Virus record (IMG/VR): IMGVR_UViG_3300027975_000015
Location: 1 to 24,011 of that record
Direction: 5' to 3' (one strand)
Source: a virus
Taxonomy: Duplodnaviria; Caudoviricetes
Length of the DNA stretch: 24,011 nucleotides
The notes under the pieces are model-generated. The model was not told the origin of the DNA. It did not search any database and was given only the letters and a program-made list of their open reading frames with translations. A program made the position numbers and the translations under genes. Shown one piece after another: positions 20,962 to 24,011 of the stretch; within the stretch, counting starts at the first letter, position 1; every line of letters begins with the position of its first letter.

Positions 20962-22292
20962 TACAACTTTTCTCCCTTTGAAAACCCACGAAAACACTTG
21001 AACACAGGAAAGCGCAGACTGTAGGTGTCGCTATTCTTGGACTTGGTGATCGCGTCAGACTGCACCTCGACCAACTGCCCAATCACAGCACTCGGGTCTG
21101 CCCAAATGTCCTTACGCAGTTCGTCACTAAGGCCACCGCCTACACTCACGACGATCTTCTTACCATCCTCAACCCCCTCACACAACAGCGCGCCGAGGCT
21201 GCCCTTGTTCTTGGAGTCGGCATCACCTTCCTTGACTCCGACCACCTTCAGCGTCACTTCGATGAAGGGCTTGACCTTGAGCCACGCGGCGCCACGCTTG
21301 CACTCGTACGGGGCCTTCGGATCCTTGATCATAATCCCCTCAAACTTGCCAACAATCGCTTCTGCATTGATGCGACGAAACTCCTTTTGACCTCGCTTAG
21401 TGCTAAGGTCAATCTTCTCGTATGCAAGCACGTTCACGTTCGGTAGATTCACACCGACACGCTCCTGCCACATTTGCAGCGCGACTCGCCGAGCCAGTTG
21501 CGGAACCTTGTAGAACCCCGCCATGAAGTCCCTCAGCGGAATCATATCGAACAGGTTCAGAGCGGAATCGTCCGCATTCACGTTCGTCTTGCGACGGACC
21601 TGACGCATGAGGTCCTGAAACGACGCAGACTTGACCTCGCCATCGAACACGAACGGCTCCTTCAGACCTGTTGCAACAGAAGCAAACTGCTCCTTGATCT
21701 TGGTGAAGTTGTGCAGTTCCTTACCATTGCGGGAATACTGCACCACGTTGCCATTAGGGTAGACGACAGTCAGAACACGCACGCCGTCCACCTTAACGTC
21801 GATCAACACTTCACCCGTAATGCTAGGAAGCAGGACACCGTTTTCGTCAGTACCATCCTTCGCAAGCTGGCAAGTAAACGACTGGACGACTTCGACGCCG
21901 TGCAGTCGCTTGTATACCGTGTTGATCGTGCTGTCCGTCACACCGCACTTAAAGTCTTTGCGGAGAATGCGGCGATACCAGTTGTTCCACTGTTCGGGGA
22001 ACGACTTGTTCATCAACGCTTCGATTGCTTCCTTCGCCGCATTGCCTGTAAGCTTACGCTGGTATAGCATGATAGCGAGAGCCTGAAACGCCCCCCACTT
22101 AATGCCCTGCGGCTTGACCGCGTAGACGCGCTTCGGCATGACCGGGACCTGCTTCACCCCGAAGGTGATCAGGGAGTCATACGCATACTTCGCGCCAAAG
22201 AAGAATTCCTCGTCGGCTTGTTCAATGAGGCGCTCCTTGTCCTTACGGCCAGGAGTGGCTTCAAGCTTGACGATCAGTTCCCACGGTTTCAT
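20961..22292 (-). CDS. lig: ATP-dependent DNA ligase (T4 gp30-like)
   Basis: Motif I DVKVDGVR, III FDGEV, IIIa LFDMI, IV FEGIMIK, V WLKVKP, and OB-fold motif VI SLRFPVF. Start at MKPWEL (ATGA overlap). Confidence 0.95.
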   Translation of the reverse strand: MKPWELIVKLEATPGRKDKERLIEQADEEFFFGAKYAYDSLITFGVKQVPVMPKRVYAVKPQGIKWGAFQALAIMLYQRKLTGNAAKEAIEALMNKSFPEQWNNWYRRILRKDFKCGVTDSTINTVYKRLHGVEVVQSFTCQLAKDGTDENGVLLPSITGEVLIDVKVDGVRVLTVVYPNGNVVQYSRNGKELHNFTKIKEQFASVATGLKEPFVFDGEVKSASFQDLMRQVRRKTNVNADDSALNLFDMIPLRDFMAGFYKVPQLARRVALQMWQERVGVNLPNVNVLAYEKIDLSTKRGQKEFRRINAEAIVGKFEGIMIKDPKAPYECKRGAAWLKVKPFIEVTLKVVGVKEGDADSKNKGSLGALLCEGVEDGKKIVVSVGGGLSDELRKDIWADPSAVIGQLVEVQSDAITKSKNSDTYSLRFPVFKCFRGFSKGEKL

Positions 22293-22540
22293 TCTCGGTT
22301 TGCCTTCCAAAGCTCTTCATCCAGACGTTGGGGAAAGGTGTCATCACCATCATCCCCACTTATCAACCAATCGATACGGTGGGCGTAAACAAACGCCTCG
22401 TTCAACGTAAAGATTGCCCTTTCGAAACGAGAAACAACAGCATCAGGTAGTTGTGACCGATTTTCGTAGAGATACTCCTTGATATCGTCGGCGATGCGCT
22501 TAATCTCGTATTGCTTGTAGTCGAAATGTCCACCACTCAT
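22289..22540 (-). CDS. Conserved phage hypothetical protein
   Basis: Re-started at MSGGHFDYKQY (GAGGAG SD); RIDWLISGDDG motif. Confidence 0.78.
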   Translation of the reverse strand: MSGGHFDYKQYEIKRIADDIKEYLYENRSQLPDAVVSRFERAIFTLNEAFVYAHRIDWLISGDDGDDTFPQRLDEELWKANRE

Positions 22541-22550
22541 TTTCTTCTCC

Positions 22551-22883
22551 TCACTTCTTCCTATATGCAACGACTCGCCCGCTCTCGCAGAACACGCGGG
22601 CATACACCTCGCCCTTCCCCACAAACATCGCGACATGCTCGGCCGGGTTCTCGCCATAAATCTCAGGCTTTTCGGTCCCTCGACCATCCGCCGGCCACCA
22701 ACGATTACCGCAGTGGTCACAATCCACTCCGGTTTCCACGCCGTCGAAATACACACCCAGCCCTTCGGCTACAGTATCCGCCTCAGCCACGTTATTCGCC
22801 TCAACGATAACGTATTGGCAAACACGGTCGTTCGTTACGAACGAACCACCCGAGTTGTTTTGAGAGTAGGTAAAGAACGGCAC
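22551..22883 (-). CDS. Conserved phage hypothetical protein (QNNSGG...CxxCGxRW family)
   Basis: FFTYSQNNSGGSF and GVYFDGVETGVDCDHCGNRW; AGGAG SD. Confidence 0.8.
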   Translation of the reverse strand: MPFFTYSQNNSGGSFVTNDRVCQYVIVEANNVAEADTVAEGLGVYFDGVETGVDCDHCGNRWWPADGRGTEKPEIYGENPAEHVAMFVGKGEVYARVFCESGRVVAYRKK

Positions 22884-22898
22884 GATTATCTCCTAGAA

Positions 22899-23153
22899 TC
22901 ATTTCATCGCATCGATGCCCAGCGTAGCCATGTACGCAATGAGCTTGTCGCGTTGCTGTTCCAGTGCCGGCACTATGAACGAGCGGTCGATCTGGGTTTC
23001 GATCTTCTCGCCATTGAGACCTTGAAAGATGACATACGCAGGCCCAGGGAGCGGCTTAGCATATATGTCGATCAGATGATCCAGCCGCTCAAGGCCCTCA
23101 ATCGTGTACTGCATGTTGACCAACGACGTACGGTGCTTCGAAAGCTCAATCAT
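22899..23153 (-). CDS. Hypothetical protein
   Basis: 84 aa; GAGGA SD; ATGA overlap. Confidence 0.7.
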   Translation of the reverse strand: MIELSKHRTSLVNMQYTIEGLERLDHLIDIYAKPLPGPAYVIFQGLNGEKIETQIDRSFIVPALEQQRDKLIAYMATLGIDAMK

Positions 23154-23395
23154 GGAATCATCCTCTTTGTATCAAAGATAAAAGTTTCGACGCGCTGGCG
23201 AAACTTCTCTGTAATGAGAAGCTTCCCGCTCATCGTAGCCTTGGCCAACTCAACCACCGCAAGCGCCTCTGCCAACTGTCTCTTGAGATTAGCCACCACA
23301 AGCGCATCTTCTGCATCTTGCACCCTGTAAGCCCGCGAGAACCAGTCATTCTCGGCGCGCAGACGAATCAGTTCCTCATGTGGGGTTTCTGTCAT
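23150..23395 (-). CDS. Hypothetical protein
   Basis: Re-started at MTETPHEE (GAGGA SD). Confidence 0.7.
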   Translation of the reverse strand: MTETPHEELIRLRAENDWFSRAYRVQDAEDALVVANLKRQLAEALAVVELAKATMSGKLLITEKFRQRVETFIFDTKRMIP

Positions 23396-23624
23396 CTTCG
23401 TCCTCGTTTTTCGTGAGCGCAGCTTCGAATGCCTGCATCGTATTGAGCCGATCAGCACGAATGAGATCCATCACCTCATCAAACTTGGTCCATCCGTCAA
23501 GGGGCATAAAGATCGCGCCGGGGTCGCCATATAGGTCGTCAAATACACCAAGGGCCTTTTTGAGCTTGGCAGTGATTGCATCATGCTCCACCGCCAGCTT
23601 GGCCAACGTCTCCTTCTTTCCCAC
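23376..23624 (-). CDS. Hypothetical protein
   Basis: Re-started at GTG (MGKKETL) after GGAGG. Confidence 0.7.
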   Translation of the reverse strand: MGKKETLAKLAVEHDAITAKLKKALGVFDDLYGDPGAIFMPLDGWTKFDEVMDLIRADRLNTMQAFEAALTKNEDEDDRNPT

Positions 23625-23626
23625 GA

Positions 23627-23815
23627 TCAGGCCTCCGCCCATGCACGCACGAACGGGGCGAGATCCGTCTCCAGCCACTTCGCGAACTTCGCCGCTTCCT
23701 TCTTCGACATGACGCCGTAGCTATCACCGAAAGGCGAGTAGTAAAGCACTTCGTCGCCCACCATGTTTTTCAGGATCTTGAATTGCAGATGCCGATTTTG
23801 CAGATTGCGCTTCAT
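23627..23815 (-). CDS. Hypothetical protein
   Basis: 62 aa; AAGGAG SD. Confidence 0.7.
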   Translation of the reverse strand: MKRNLQNRHLQFKILKNMVGDEVLYYSPFGDSYGVMSKKEAAKFAKWLETDLAPFVRAWAEA

Positions 23816-23818
23816 TGT

Positions 23819-23941
23819 CTACGCTCCTTGAAGGACGTACCATACACAAAAACCAGGGAAGCGAATCATCGCCTCCCCAAGAGTCTCGGCACGAACATAG
23901 ACCCACTCGGTCATGTCGCGATTACACATTGCCACTAGCAT
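23819..23941 (-). CDS. Possible small protein (40 aa)
   Basis: MLVAMCNRDMTEWVYVRAETLGEAMIRFPGFCVWYVLQGA*; fills the gap between its neighbours. Confidence 0.4.
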   Translation of the reverse strand: MLVAMCNRDMTEWVYVRAETLGEAMIRFPGFCVWYVLQGA

Positions 23942-24011
23942 GCCTTGCACCTATTGACGATAGTTTCCGCACGACCCTTGTAGTAGGTGTGATCCTTGAC
24001 GGTCGCCTTGA
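23935..24011 (-). CDS. 3' end of a gene entering from outside the window
   Basis: Open frame ...KATVKDHTYYKGRAETIVNRCKAC* ending at TAG 23937-23935. Confidence 0.4.
   Translation of the reverse strand, partial: KATVKDHTYYKGRAETIVNRCKAC

Noticed and set aside
1-24011. Stop-codon reassignment, introns/inteins or mobile elements
   Set aside because: Genes pack tightly using TAA, TAG and TGA as stops, there is no suppressor tRNA, ligase and rnh are uninterrupted, and no transposase or integrase motifs were seen.

Overview
A 24-kb segment of a large T4-like (myovirus-type) bacteriophage genome. Essentially all real genes are on the minus strand, and the long plus-strand ORFs look like antisense shadows. 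Recognisable proteins are a T4-type RNase H/5'-3' exonuclease, an ATP-dependent DNA ligase (gp30-like), a DUF2828-type (TROVE/Ro60-like + vWA) protein, a GT-B glycosyltransferase, a TylF-type O-methyltransferase, an NDT-fold protein, a metallophosphoesterase, and WYL_2, SWIM and DnaJ-type zinc-finger proteins, among many small hypothetical ORFs. There are 11 CCA-encoding tRNA genes: Leu-UAA, Thr-CGU, Lys-UUU, Arg-UCU/CCU/UCG/ACG, two CAU, Asn-GUU and Gly-GCC. Regulatory signals include sigma70-type promoters with IHF-consensus sites and T4-like late promoters (ATAAATA/CTAAATA). The most notable signals are non-coding. (1) A ~206-nt minimal RNase P RNA has an intact catalytic domain and an almost deleted specificity domain (7188-7393). 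(2) Three tandem structured RNA units, each with a covarying 7-bp closing stem and a conserved WUUCAGCAA motif, fill the leader of the Ro60-like gene (5943-6213) and are candidate Y-RNA-like partners. (3) There are further structured small RNAs, one ending in CCA, and two structurally atypical tRNAs. Together these suggest a phage-encoded tRNA/RNA maturation and quality-control island. All family assignments come from motif recognition by eye, not database searches.
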